Source: Gnetum montanum (Eukaryota; Plantae; Gnetophyta). Taken from it: a stretch of DNA of 64,000 bases. A program made the position numbers and the translations under genes. The notes below the pieces were generated by a model. The model had not been told where the DNA came from. It searched no databases and worked only from the letters and a program-made list of their open reading frames with translations. This document shows, piece by piece, positions 53,146-64,000 of the stretch (its first letter is position 1; every line of letters starts with the position of its first letter). Location: assembly GCA_015680685.1 (NCBI GenBank), contig MNCI01002974.1, positions 115,433 through 179,432 of the forward strand. Reading direction: 5' to 3'.

Positions 53146-54669
53146 TGAAACACCACAAAATTCTGAGCTTAGTACTTTTCTAACAAGAATCAAGTTAAGT
53201 CATGACTCTCCCCAGCATGATTAGAGCTTGAGGACCCCACACACAGTTTCAAGCAGAGTCGAACTCAACAAGAAACAGTTTACTGGGACCCACAGACGGC
53301 AACAGCGACATTTGGTATCAAACATGGCAACTTCGGAGCTCAAGATACTTAGTTTTCACTAAGTATGCAATATGCAGCGTATACGCCCAACGTATATGCC
53401 AAGCATACATTCCCAGCGTATATGCCCAACATACATTCCCAGCGTATACGTCTAGTGTATACGCCCAACGTACACGCCTCACATATATGCTCAGCATGTA
53501 TGACTGATGTGTACGCCCAACATGTAATCCCAAAGATGGCATGGAAACTACACTTCAGAGCAAGATTTTGTACAAAGCATTAACTCATAGGAACAGAGCA
53601 ATTATCAGGTGTCATCATGGGCTCTAGAAAGTCGAATTTTGGCCTCGACATCATGCACTTTGGAGTTCATACGCTGAGCATGTACATCCTGCACACCTAG
53701 CGTATACGCCCAGCATGTACGCCCAGCGTATACGCCCACCATGTACAATGTGTACACTCAGTGTGTAGCACAACGTATACTAATCAAAGCTCTCCAAAAT
53801 CGTGTCAGATCAAGGCCAACCATGCTAAACATCCATAGGCAGCATTCTCATGACATCCGAATTCAAATCCGAAGGCCGAATAACTTCTTTTGTTTTGATC
53901 AAGTCTATACGCTGAGTTCACACGCCGAGCATGTATACGCTGGCGTGTAGCATGCTGTACATTTGTAAAATTTCATTCTTTCGCATTCAGTCAACGCACC
54001 ACATGTCACCTGACCTGAGAGTCCAACACTCCACAACCAATCATCCTCTCTCAGATCCGAGTCTAATGTATAAACTTATATAAAAATCCCAATTTTTCAC
54101 TAAATCGGGGTTGGCAATTTTAGAGCAAACTAGAGACAAAAAAAAAGAACCAGAGACACTGAGAAACCAGAGCAAAACAAAAACCTGTACGCTGGACCTC
54201 AACCTTACATGCTAAGCATACAACCTTCATGCTGTGCCTGCAGTTCAAACCAGCACATAATCATCCCTCCACATCCACCGGGGCTCTTCGTCCGCCTTGT
54301 GTCAGATTCACAACTGCGTTAGACCGTTGCATTGTAACTTTCCGTTTTGCAATAATATTGCCACATTTCTTTTGCTAAGATTTGTTCCAGTTTTTCGTTC
54401 ATTATTATATGCTTATTGTTTACATTCCTGTACGTTTACACTCTGTTTTACATTAGTTACGCCATTTACATATAACCCAGTGTACAGTATATCGGTGTAC
54501 GTTTGGGAAAATCCTTGTCTGATCCGCGTGCGGACCACTCAAGGTACTCTGCCTTTGTTAATTCCAGCTTACCCTCAAGCAAAGGTAGGGTCTTCTGTGC
54601 TTGTCCAGGAATCTCCTGGTTTCTATTTCATTCCAGCCGGAGACCGACAATTTTGGACTGTATAGAAAA

Positions 54670-54686
54670 TGGCACTAGAAGGAGGG
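54670..54686 (+). promoter_or_regulatory. Primer-binding site, tRNA-Asn type
   Basis: TGGCACTAGAAGGAGGG differs at one base from TGGCGCTAGAAGGAGGG, the complement of the plant tRNA-Asn 3' end as recalled. This primer type is used by some Tat-lineage elements. Confidence 0.75.
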
Positions 54687-54807
54687 CGTCAAACTATTTA
54701 AACTTACTATGATCTCATACCCTGGTCTTCCCAGATTCACATCGCACCGACACCAAACCCGGCTCTGAAACTCCCAAATCAGTACCCCGTTCTATAGAAT
54801 TCCCAGC

Positions 54808-55277
54808 GTCTACACGTTGCTCAGTCTACGCCGTACGCTATAGATTCTGTGTATACGCTGCTCAGTATATCTGTACGTTGTACGTTGTAGACTCTATCTA
54901 CACGCTGCTCCGTATACCTGTACGCTGTACGCTATAAACTCTGTTTATACGCTGCTCAGTATACCTGTACGTTGTATGCTGTAGACCCTGTCTACATGCT
55001 TTTCAGTATACCTGTACGTTATACATCGTAGACCCTGTCTACATGCTGTTTAGTATATCTGTACGCTGTACGCTGTAGACCCTGTCTACACGCTGCTCAG
55101 TTCACGCTCTACACTGTATGCTGTAGACCCTGTTTACACGCTGTTCAGTATACCTGTACGCTATGCATTGTCAACCTTGTCTACACGCTGTTCAGTATAC
55201 CTGTACGCTATGCGTTGTCGACCCTGTCTACACGCTGCTCCGTATACTTGTACGTTGTACATTGTAGATCCTATACG
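54808..55277 (+). repeat. 47-bp tandem array, ~10 copies
   Basis: Consensus GACCCTGTCTACACGCTGCTCAGTATACCTGTACGCTGTACGCTGTA. GACCCTG occurs at 54984, 55031 and 55078. Confidence 0.9.
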
Positions 55278-55379
55278 TTGGTTGTTGGAGCCTATAGGCT
55301 GAGATCCAGTCTATACGCTGTACGCTGCGGACTTAGGTGTATGCTCCGATAAGTATACCAGTTTCATATCCCTTTCACC

Positions 55380-58300
55380 ATGCTACATTCACAACCGTTC
55401 ACCATGAACACTGCGAACCCCAATGCTTCAACCAAACCCATCACAGATATCGTAGGTCCCATGGCCGTTCAATAACCCGTAGTACAACCCACGACAGGGC
55501 CTCGTCGGTCTCTCAAATTGCAAGGAAGGAACCCATCATTTAACATTATAACTCAGGAACAATACAATTTCATATGTGTAAAAATACAAGCCGGCCTAGC
55601 CGTGGATCAAACCGAAATGGAGGTTAAGAGACAATATGAACTCTTCCATAGGGAAGGACATGAGTTCATCCCTTCCTCGTATGATATCATCCCTTTCCCA
55701 GAGCACTACTTTGAGCTCATCTCACAACTTCTCCTACTAAGGAGTCAGTCTCTAGACCAGTCTGTGGCAAATCCTCAATTGGAGGAGGAGGATGACTTCG
55801 CAGCTCAGTCCGAGCACAAAGATTCGTACCATACCCTTAGCCCACAAACCTATGCAAACCCATTGTTTCATCCAGCCACAGGGGAAGCTACGTCCCTCCA
55901 ACCATTTAAAATCACCCAAGCACAGATACCTCAACAGGAATCATTCACGCTTATCCCTACTCCTCCTGTAACCAATGTGTAACTCAACACACTTCCCCTT
56001 GCTATTCCTCCTGTTGCAACAGTATCCCCATTCTCGCAAATACAACCTCCTCAAAATAATGTAGGAGTAACCTTCCTGCCTCGAGTGATTGGGATGCCGC
56101 ATGTGATATCGGCTTCTACATTCGCTCACTATATACTGCAGATCCAAACCCAAGGAGCATCCTTTACAACTGTAACTCAACAAGTTCAGGGTGTTCCTAC
56201 ACAAAGTGTGACCGGGTAATGGGCAGCGATTGGGGCTCAACTGCATCAACCCCCTCACTATAACATATCGCCTCATACAATTTTACCAGCTAACATCCCT
56301 CAAGGACAACCACAACAACAACAGCAACCCCTTACCTACAATGTGCCACTCCTAGTACCACCCGCCACAAATATTCTGCAAGTGCAGCCTTCAACCACAC
56401 AACTTTCTTCCTTCCAGCCCACTGTCCAACAATCTAACCTATATACTGTACAACATCCTCAACCTACTATCTCACCTAGTGCCCAAGACTGGGCTGATGC
56501 CAAAAAGCTAATGCAAGAGCTAACTGATGAGGTCAAATGCCTCAAAATAGCCACTGACGGAGAGCTTAAAGTAGTGGACTTCTATCACAATGACCCTATC
56601 AGCTCTTCAGTTCTGCCTCTAACACTACCTAAGGGTGTTTCCTTACCCATGCTGACTAAATACAACGAGGAGATAGACCCCAACGCTCACCTTATAACAT
56701 TTAGACTCGAATGCATGCTACTTCAGGCGTGGCCACATGCCATTCTGTGAGTGTTCCCCATGTCCCTCGTAGGGAGAGCACTTGATTGGTATTGGGCCTT
56801 GCCACAAAATTCAATATCTTCTCTAGAAGATTTGTTACACCAATTCGTTACTAGGTTCAAGTATAACTTGAAGCCTGAAGCAACACGTGACAGCCTCATA
56901 CAGGTCAAGCAAGCACCTCTTGAACCTGTCCAAAAATTCATTCAACGGTGGAGTGCTGCCCTCAATGAGCTCCACGAGCCAATCCCGGAGACATATCTCC
57001 TCACGATTCTAAAAAACATTGTAAATGATTTTGTCAAGTCCAAATTATATTATCTCAATGCACGCACTCTTAGTCAGGTGTTTGTACATATCAAGAACAT
57101 AGAGGAGGCAGTCCAAAACAGCCACGACCCTGCATATTCAGCCTTTAGAAACCAACATAATAAGAAAGACAAAGAAAAGGCTAAAACAACTATAGCGGTA
57201 GTAGCGAAAACACAACAAGCAAATGCGGGACAACAAAGCAAACCTCCTGCTGCCCCTGCTCATTACGCTAAACCTACTGCTGCGACGGCACCCGAATCAT
57301 CCGCATCACAAAACCCTACACTGGGTCGTACGAGAAACTTCGAGAGGAAGGACCCCTCTCAATATACACCGTTGCCCATGAAACTGTCGCAGTTATTTGA
57401 CCAACTCTTGAAGGCCAGACTGATGAAACATAAACAGTTCTCCCGTACAGCGATCCAAAGACATGATCGGTTCTGTCAATTGGTTCAGAACCCAAGCCTG
57501 GCAATGCCAGATGAGCCCCCAGTTCCAAAAGGCTTTAGAATGGATCGTTTTTGTGATTATCATCAATGTAATGGGCATGGCATTGACTATTGTTTCACCC
57601 TAAAACAAGATATCCAACGAATGATCAACGGAGGTCAAATCACTTTTGATGAAGCCAACCCAATCCAACTACAAAACCAAGCCATGGGCGTATATAAAGA
57701 TCCTCTAAATACTAAAGAAGCACCATATGTAATTAACACCATTTACTTCGATAATGAACCAGAAACACCTAGGATTAACACCGTCCATTCCGATCATGAG
57801 CAGCAAATGCCTAAGAAACCATTTGTAGTGCACATTCCTCTCACTGTACAAACACCTATGCCTCAACCATCATACCCCCCACAAAAACTTTATGTCATCC
57901 GAATACCCCCCACCGTAGCAACTTCTATCATACCACCACGTGAAAAACCATACATGGTGCATGTACCTCCCGCCACTACTACCGCAAACACACAAGCACC
58001 TCCTACTCGGCCCGCTCCCTACGTAGTCCGAGTATCACCTGCGGTCGCAACTACGGAGGCACAACCTCCAACTAGGCCAACTCCATATGTTGTTAGGATA
58101 CTCGAACGTCTTGATGACCACCAATCCTCCACTTCGCAGACATAGAATAAACCGATCCCCTATGTCATCAAGATGCCTAGCTAGCCTGACACTCAATCGC
58201 ATTCAACCATCCAACCGCAACCCCACCCTACTCCATACGTTGTACAGGTTCCAAAGCAACCTGAGGTTCCAAAACCAACTGTAGTACCTTATCCCATCGT

Positions 58301-58979
58301 CGAACAATTAGGGCTTATAGAGCTAATTAAACCAACCACCACCATGTGTTTGAAATCGTTCAGTGGATCACGCGTAGTAGTCAAAGGCACAATGACTTTG
58401 GACTTTATAGCAGGGGACCAATTCCCCACATCTGTCGACTTTGTGGTCATCGATGAAATGCCAAGGTTCAATTTAATATTGGGAAGGCCCTGGTTAGCCC
58501 AACTGAAGGCAGTCTCTTCCCCCATACACCAAGAGATTCACCTGCCTTATGAAGGTGGCGAAATCATTATACATGGGGAGGCTGCTACACCTACCATCTC
58601 ATCACATACAGACACAGACCAAGTCTCAGAGGTTAAGTTCGAAGAGCCTAAACAAGATGATACAAATGAACAACAAAGATGCACGCAATCAGTAAGCAAT
58701 GATCTCTTAGACACAAAGAAAAATTTACCCAACACAGAAATACTTAGGCCTGAAATTGTACATATACAGCCTCACTTAGAAACTACAACAAATGTAGAAA
58801 CTACAGTACATGCAGAAGTGTCAGAAAGCACCAACGCGGGAACTGTTCCATTAGACGTCCCTTGGGCTGAATTACCGTTCAACGTGATCAGTGAAGGAGA
58901 CGCTGAATATAGGATCATACCTGTTAATGCTACTCCTAATGTTAAAATGAAGAAAATTAAAAAATTACTAAGCCAATAA
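55380..58979 (+). pseudogene. Tat-type gag + truncated protease reading frame with in-frame stops
   Basis: One frame throughout. It reads LPKGVSLP..KYNEEIDPNAHL, FPMSLVGRALDWY, the zinc knuckle CDYHQCNGHGIDYC, and the protease C-half VDFVVIDE..FNLILGRPWL. Confidence 0.85.
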
Positions 58980-59912
58980 ACGACATTAAAGTCTGAAACG
59001 ACGTTAAACTACCTTCATAGTCCGAAACGACGTTAAACTATCACGTCCGCAACGACATAAAACTAGCCACGATCAAAAATGGTCGGTCTACCAAGAAATC
59101 CACCAGTGTCACTTGAAACTTCCCTTATTTACACATGGCCCAAAATGGCCTTAAACTAGTGCATGGGGTCCGAAATGGCCTTAAACTAAACCACTTGCTT
59201 ACACTTTGTTTTTTCTCGCAAATTCGAGTTCATGGTTCGAATTTACGTTTGTATTGTCATGTTATCAATAATAGTTTTTCTTCACATTTTCCTTTTCACA
59301 ATTCCTTCGCTTATAACTACATTCCTACTTGCATTCCCACTTTGTGCATTACATTTAAACAGCAAAACAAAAAAAAAACATTTTACATTTCCGCATCGTG
59401 TTTACATTTAAACTCAAAAGTCAGAAATAATAATAATAATAATATATATATATAGAAATGTATGTATATACGGTTAGACATGTACAACAGTTAACTAATT
59501 CCATTCACCAGTTTAATACAATCTAAGGCAAAACATTCAGTTTACAATTCATGTAAAATTATGAGCCAGGACAGTTTCAAAGTCAAAATTAAACATCAGG
59601 AGCGGGAGGTCTCTCCCCTTCAGACTCACCGGCACAATGGGTCCCCGCTCCGCTGGGGCCAGCTTCTTGAACATCGTCCTCGCCTCAACCCTATAAAAAG
59701 CAAAAGAAACAATCAACACAAGAACAAAAGAGAAAACTCCCAAACATTACTCAACGAACAAAATGCAAAACAAACAAAATGCTTACTGTAGGAGACCCCC
59801 CTAAACCGAATTCCAACCGATGGAGAATTTCTTCCTTTGAGACGCTAGCCTAGTCAATCCCATCGAGGCCCAGATCGACGTTCGCTAAGGCCTTCCCCTT
59901 GTCAACCGCCGA

Positions 59913-62900
59913 TCATGTGGGACGTTTCAAGTGAAATTCACCCACAAAGACCTCCCTAGAAGCAGTCGTAATCACCCTCGTGGGCGATTCCATCTCAACA
60001 ATGGTATTCTTAGCAAAGGTATCAAATGCAGAACATAGACCCAGACCCTCTACGAACATTTCAAGCTGACACTTCTCTATAGATACTTCCTTTAATGATT
60101 TCTTATAATGATGCTTTTGGTTCTTCTCATCTTGACCCCACTTTCGCACCTTGGAAGCGAAAGCCTTCCAATCCTGACACTTGAGGTTCAGTAAATCTAT
60201 CTGGGCCTTACGCTTTGCTAGCTTCCGAGTTAGTGATGCATGGCGATTTAGCAAGTTCCAATATTTGGTATAAGTGATCTCGGAAGTTCGCCAAGAACGA
60301 TCACCTATTAATCTAGCCGAGGCAAACTCATAACGAGCCTTAATATCATAACGTTCAGTTGATAACTCGAAAACCTCTTTTTCCTTTGCCTGGATCTGCA
60401 ACCATAGTTGTTCAATGGAACGCCTATAGGTCCAAAGCAATTTGGCGTTATGCACAAGACATTCCGCCACCTCATCATAGACCTATCTCGGTATCTGTTC
60501 AACTTCTAGTGGTAGTGCAGGCAAGCTCTCAATACAAACGGTCTGAGACGGGTCCCACTTCAGCTTAGCTCCTACACACATGAAAAGAATAGGCATTAGA
60601 TCTTAGATGGCAAAAAAGAGTGTGAAACTTGAAGGCTGCAAAACACTTGAGACATCTGTACCTATTTCAAGGTGGGCCTGCTGAATGCGTTCGACCACCT
60701 CGTCGACGATACTGGTGACGAAATCCATTTTGCTTGGCATCTCGGTCCAAGTAAATGGTTCATGAGTGTGAGATGGATTAGCCTCAGGGGTCGTTTCAGG
60801 GGGAGCCACTATCATAGGCACTTCTAACCGCATTGTAGGAATCGTCCTAGTTTCAATATCTTCGTCTGGAAGCGATAAAAAACATAAAATTAGAACACCA
60901 CATGATGGAAACAACAATTCACAAGGCAACGCAATAAAAAAAAAGGGAATATACTGAGTTCTCTGTTCCCTTCCCAGTTCGGAGGGTCACCAGGGTCCAA
61001 TTTTCCCTTAAGGAAGCTATTAAACATTTCATCGACACCATCCTGGTCATCGACCAGTTCTGTCTTCGTGGTGTCTTTCGCCAGCTCTTCAGTCACTTCC
61101 ACCTGATCTTTGCCGACCTCTTCCTCCTCAATCATTAAATCCATTGGAACTTCCTCCTCCTCGATAATGGTTTCTAGCTCCTGCCTCCTCACTTTCCGAG
61201 TCAGGTCTGAAGACATTAGTTTCATGTAAGTAGTCAAAACAAAAAAATAATGAATAAGACGAAAATGACAATACAATAAGTGCATCAAGCTTACTTACCT
61301 CGAACAGGCATTTTGAATTATATTCGCTTCACCCTTGGCTCTTCCACAGTTGAGGCCACCTCTTTAGGGCATTCGCACTTTTGAATCTTCGATTTGGCTT
61401 TCCCGATGATCTCCTTGATCGCCCGATCAGCCCTCCTAGCAGTGTAGAGCACATTGTCTGGTTCCAACCCCACACTATCACGTGTATGGATTGAAGTATC
61501 AGATGACGCCTCTGTTGTGATGGAAATCGATTCATCGATCCCCTTGGGTGCATCTTGAGACTCAGCTACCTCGAACAAATGGTTAATCCATGGGCGAGAT
61601 AATTGAGTATGATCCCACAAAACATATTTATTATCTGCACCACTAGAAATTCAGCCAAGCGATGTAGATAACTTGCGAAGAATGCGAAGGTAAAATGGGA
61701 CTCTGCCTCAACATTTGAACGTAATCACACTATCTCCCTATGGAAACCCGACAACAAAAATTGGGCCCAATTATAATGCATCCCGGTCTCTAAAATGGTC
61801 CACATGATGTGCACGACTTCCACCCCAAGACTCTTCACTTAAGATAGGGATTTAGGAAATACCCGTGCCCTAAATAGGGGATACAGTTCATTGACTTCCA
61901 CCACCTTTGATGTTCCCTGCATAAGGAACCCCTTAGAGCCCTTGAGAATGCCTAACCAATCTTCCAGCTCACGCACCACATGGAGCTCTTTTTGTGCCTT
62001 GTCCAAAACCACATTCACACCATCTACCGGGACACCGAAGAGGTCTGAAAAGAACTCGGTTGATAGATGAAAAATTATTTTGACACCCTTAATACGGGTG
62101 TTGTAGTAAGTGACAGAGTTGTCGAATGAATCAACAATTCCAATCATTTCAGCTATAGAGACATCAAGGCTCAGGGTTGTGAATAGCTCCATGAGGCTGG
62201 CATCATTCAAACAACAGACAATAGATGGTGGGGCACTGGTACGCAACCATCGCTGCGCCTTGCTGACCTCCCCAAATTTCATCGACAGGGTGCTCTCAGT
62301 CCGCCCTGTCGTAACAGGGTCTCCACCGGGGGGGATGTTAACTATAAACACAATTTAAAACCATAGCACCAATATGACTAACGTTGCAGCCGAATAAACA
62401 GACTAAGGCGTCAGGGAAATATCATCACTTACCTTCAGTCGTGGGTGTCACGTTGCTAGGACCCAAGTCAGTATCACGGGGGAAAATCGGTCCATTGCGT
62501 GACCAATCTCCATGCAGCCACCCTCGAGCCGTGCATTGCGCAAACGCCCTAGAAAATCACTTAGGAAAATAAACAATGTCACCCTTAGTCTGAGCTAATA
62601 TAGCTCCGCGGAGGGTGGGACCTGCCATGAAGGTCTCTAAAGCAGTGTGAGCCAGTGCAAGTCTATCATCATTGATGCATATTCCATCTTTATCAACTTG
62701 GAGCCTGCAAAAGAACGATCATCAGAACAGGAGCAAACACCAAACAACAAAATAGGAACGGCAAATTAAACAACTTTACCTCTCTACCCTGTACACCATG
62801 TCCAGAGGGTTCTGAAATAATGTATGTGCACACGTGGCCAAAAACAAGGTGCTATTGAGATAGTGAGGCCCACGTGGCAATAAGTCCCATACGCACAATA

Positions 62901-63229
62901 AGGAATGGGTAGATCTGGACCCTCTAGAGGGACCGTCCTCAATCACAAGCGGTCCCTCGTCAATGTCCATCATGAAAGCTATGACACCATTTGAAGATCC
63001 TGGCAACATTACTTCGAGCACGCTCTACGCTACCTGTTCGCTTAGGTGGGACCATATCACTACCTTGAATCCGTCTAAGATGAAGGCAAGGAACTCATAG
63101 GTCTCTTCCCTGAACCATACCCCATTGTTATTAATAGTCAGATTAGGGGCAGGTTCGTTGGTATCAAGGGGCCCAAACCAGGCCAGTACCCTAACCAGCT
63201 CAACCACTAAGAGGAAAGGTTCAGGATCC
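59913..63229 (-). pseudogene. Antisense multi-exon cargo gene: FCP1/NIF-like HAD pseudo-phosphatase + PMD-like domain + coiled coil (~960 codons, decaying)
   Basis: Exons: 63229-62780, 62704-62433, 62341-61299, 61206-60955, 60865-60662, 60571-59913. Five GT-AG introns of 75-92 nt all join in frame. It has a few in-frame stops and one frameshift near 61640. Confidence 0.75.
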
Positions 63230-63325
63230 CTGCAAATAACTAGAATACCATAGTAAATCAGTTATACACGGAAATGAAGTAGAGAAAAGAAGTTCCATGT
63301 TGAAGGCCAAGACTTCGAAAAAAAT

Positions 63326-63781
63326 TGCAAACTGTCTACACTTAGCGTGCAGACCCTGCATGCTACAAAATTGTTTACGCCCAACGTGTAAACCCTACAT
63401 GTTGCGAAAATTGCCTCCGCTCAGCGTGCATACCCTGCACGCTATGAAAACTGTCTACGCCCAACGTGCAAACCCTGCACATTGCAATACTGTTTACACC
63501 CAGCTTGCAGACCCTACACGCTGTGAAAACTGTCTACGCTCAGCGTGCAGACCCTGCACGCTGTGAAAACTGTCTACGCCCAGCGTGCAGACCCTGTACG
63601 TTGCAAAACTGTTTACGCTTAGTGTGTAGACTCTGTATGTTGCGAAAACTGTTTACGCCCAACGTGGAGACCTTGTACGCTGCGAAAACTATTTACACCC
63701 AGCATGGAGACCCTGCACGCTGCGAAAACTGTCTACACCCAACGTGCAGACCCTGTACATTGCAAAACTGTTTACGCCCAG
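63326..63781 (+). repeat. 40-bp tandem array, ~11 copies
   Basis: Consensus GAAAACTGTCTACGCCCAGCGTGCAGACCCTGCACGCTGT. GAAAAC occurs at 63525 and 63565. Confidence 0.9.
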
Positions 63782-64000
63782 TGATGAGTGGCGAGGTACC
63801 CCTACACTCAACCATACAAATACGAGCGTGCACGCGCGATCCGGTCGAACTCCACAGACTAAATGCCTTAACGCCACAAGAAACACTTGGGGTTAATTGT
63901 TCGTTGTCTTCCCAGGCTTGCTTGTAAGTGTCACGGTGTATGGTTAAGCAAGTCTGAGGTATGTGATTTTTTTGGTATTTTCGGCTTATCTTCTATGCTA
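63782..64000 (-). mobile_element. Athila-like LTR inserted into the 40-bp array (runs off the window)
   Basis: Starts with the family terminus TGATGAGTGGCGAGGTACCCCTACACTCAACCATAC. Confidence 0.85.

Larger units (their letters stand above)
53146..63781 (+). mobile_element. Tat-like Ty3/Gypsy element lacking RT/RH/INT and carrying an antisense spliced gene (continues beyond the nested LTR)
   Basis: LTR-like region ~53146-54664 (start approximate), PBS 54670-54686, a 47-bp array, a gag+protease frame at 55380-58979, an antisense gene at 59913-63229, and a 40-bp array. The 3' LTR is not in the window. Confidence 0.75.

Noticed and set aside
53289-53320. PBS-like strings (tRNA-Lys-like on the minus strand, TGGTATCA on the plus strand)
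   Set aside because: They are short or mismatched, with no demonstrable adjacent LTR. The tRNA-Asn PBS at 54670 fits the gag orientation better.
54808-55277. CRISPR-like appearance of the 47-bp and 40-bp arrays
   Set aside because: The units are head-to-tail with no unique spacers, there are no cas genes, and the context is eukaryotic.
55380-58979. In-frame stops as targets of U-to-C editing or readthrough
   Set aside because: This is a nuclear TE, and the stops are explained by methyl-C deamination of CAA/CAG/CGA codons.
63230-63298. ATG at 63298 joined in frame to the cargo gene by a 40-nt intron
   Set aside because: The join is in frame but the intron is unusually short for a plant, so the true first exon is left unresolved.
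63466-63927. Cys-rich 153-aa ORF
   Set aside because: It is a translation of the 40-bp array running into an LTR.

Overview
Land-plant nuclear scaffold (draft, with N gaps). A gene island sits between two transposon nests. The island holds two intact, tandem 14-exon nucleobase-ascorbate transporter genes (NAT1/NAT2 clade, + strand), an intact 3-exon PLS-E-DYW PPR editing-factor gene (- strand, with a solo LTR in intron 1), and a decayed partial duplicate of that PPR gene. The left nest has two head-to-head LINE remnants and two gag+protease-only Athila-like LTR elements with readable 5-bp TSDs. The right nest has Athila env-like ORF remnants, solo and partial LTRs of the same family, and a Tat-like LTR element (tRNA-Asn PBS) with no visible RT, RNase H or integrase. 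The most unusual feature is inside that Tat-like element. It is an antisense gene of at least 6 exons with five in-frame GT-AG introns. It encodes a catalytically degenerate FCP1/NIF-like HAD phosphatase domain fused to a plant-mobile-domain-like region and a coiled coil, and the element carries two related CpG-rich tandem arrays (47-bp and 40-bp units). All family and domain assignments come from motif recognition by eye. No database searches were run.
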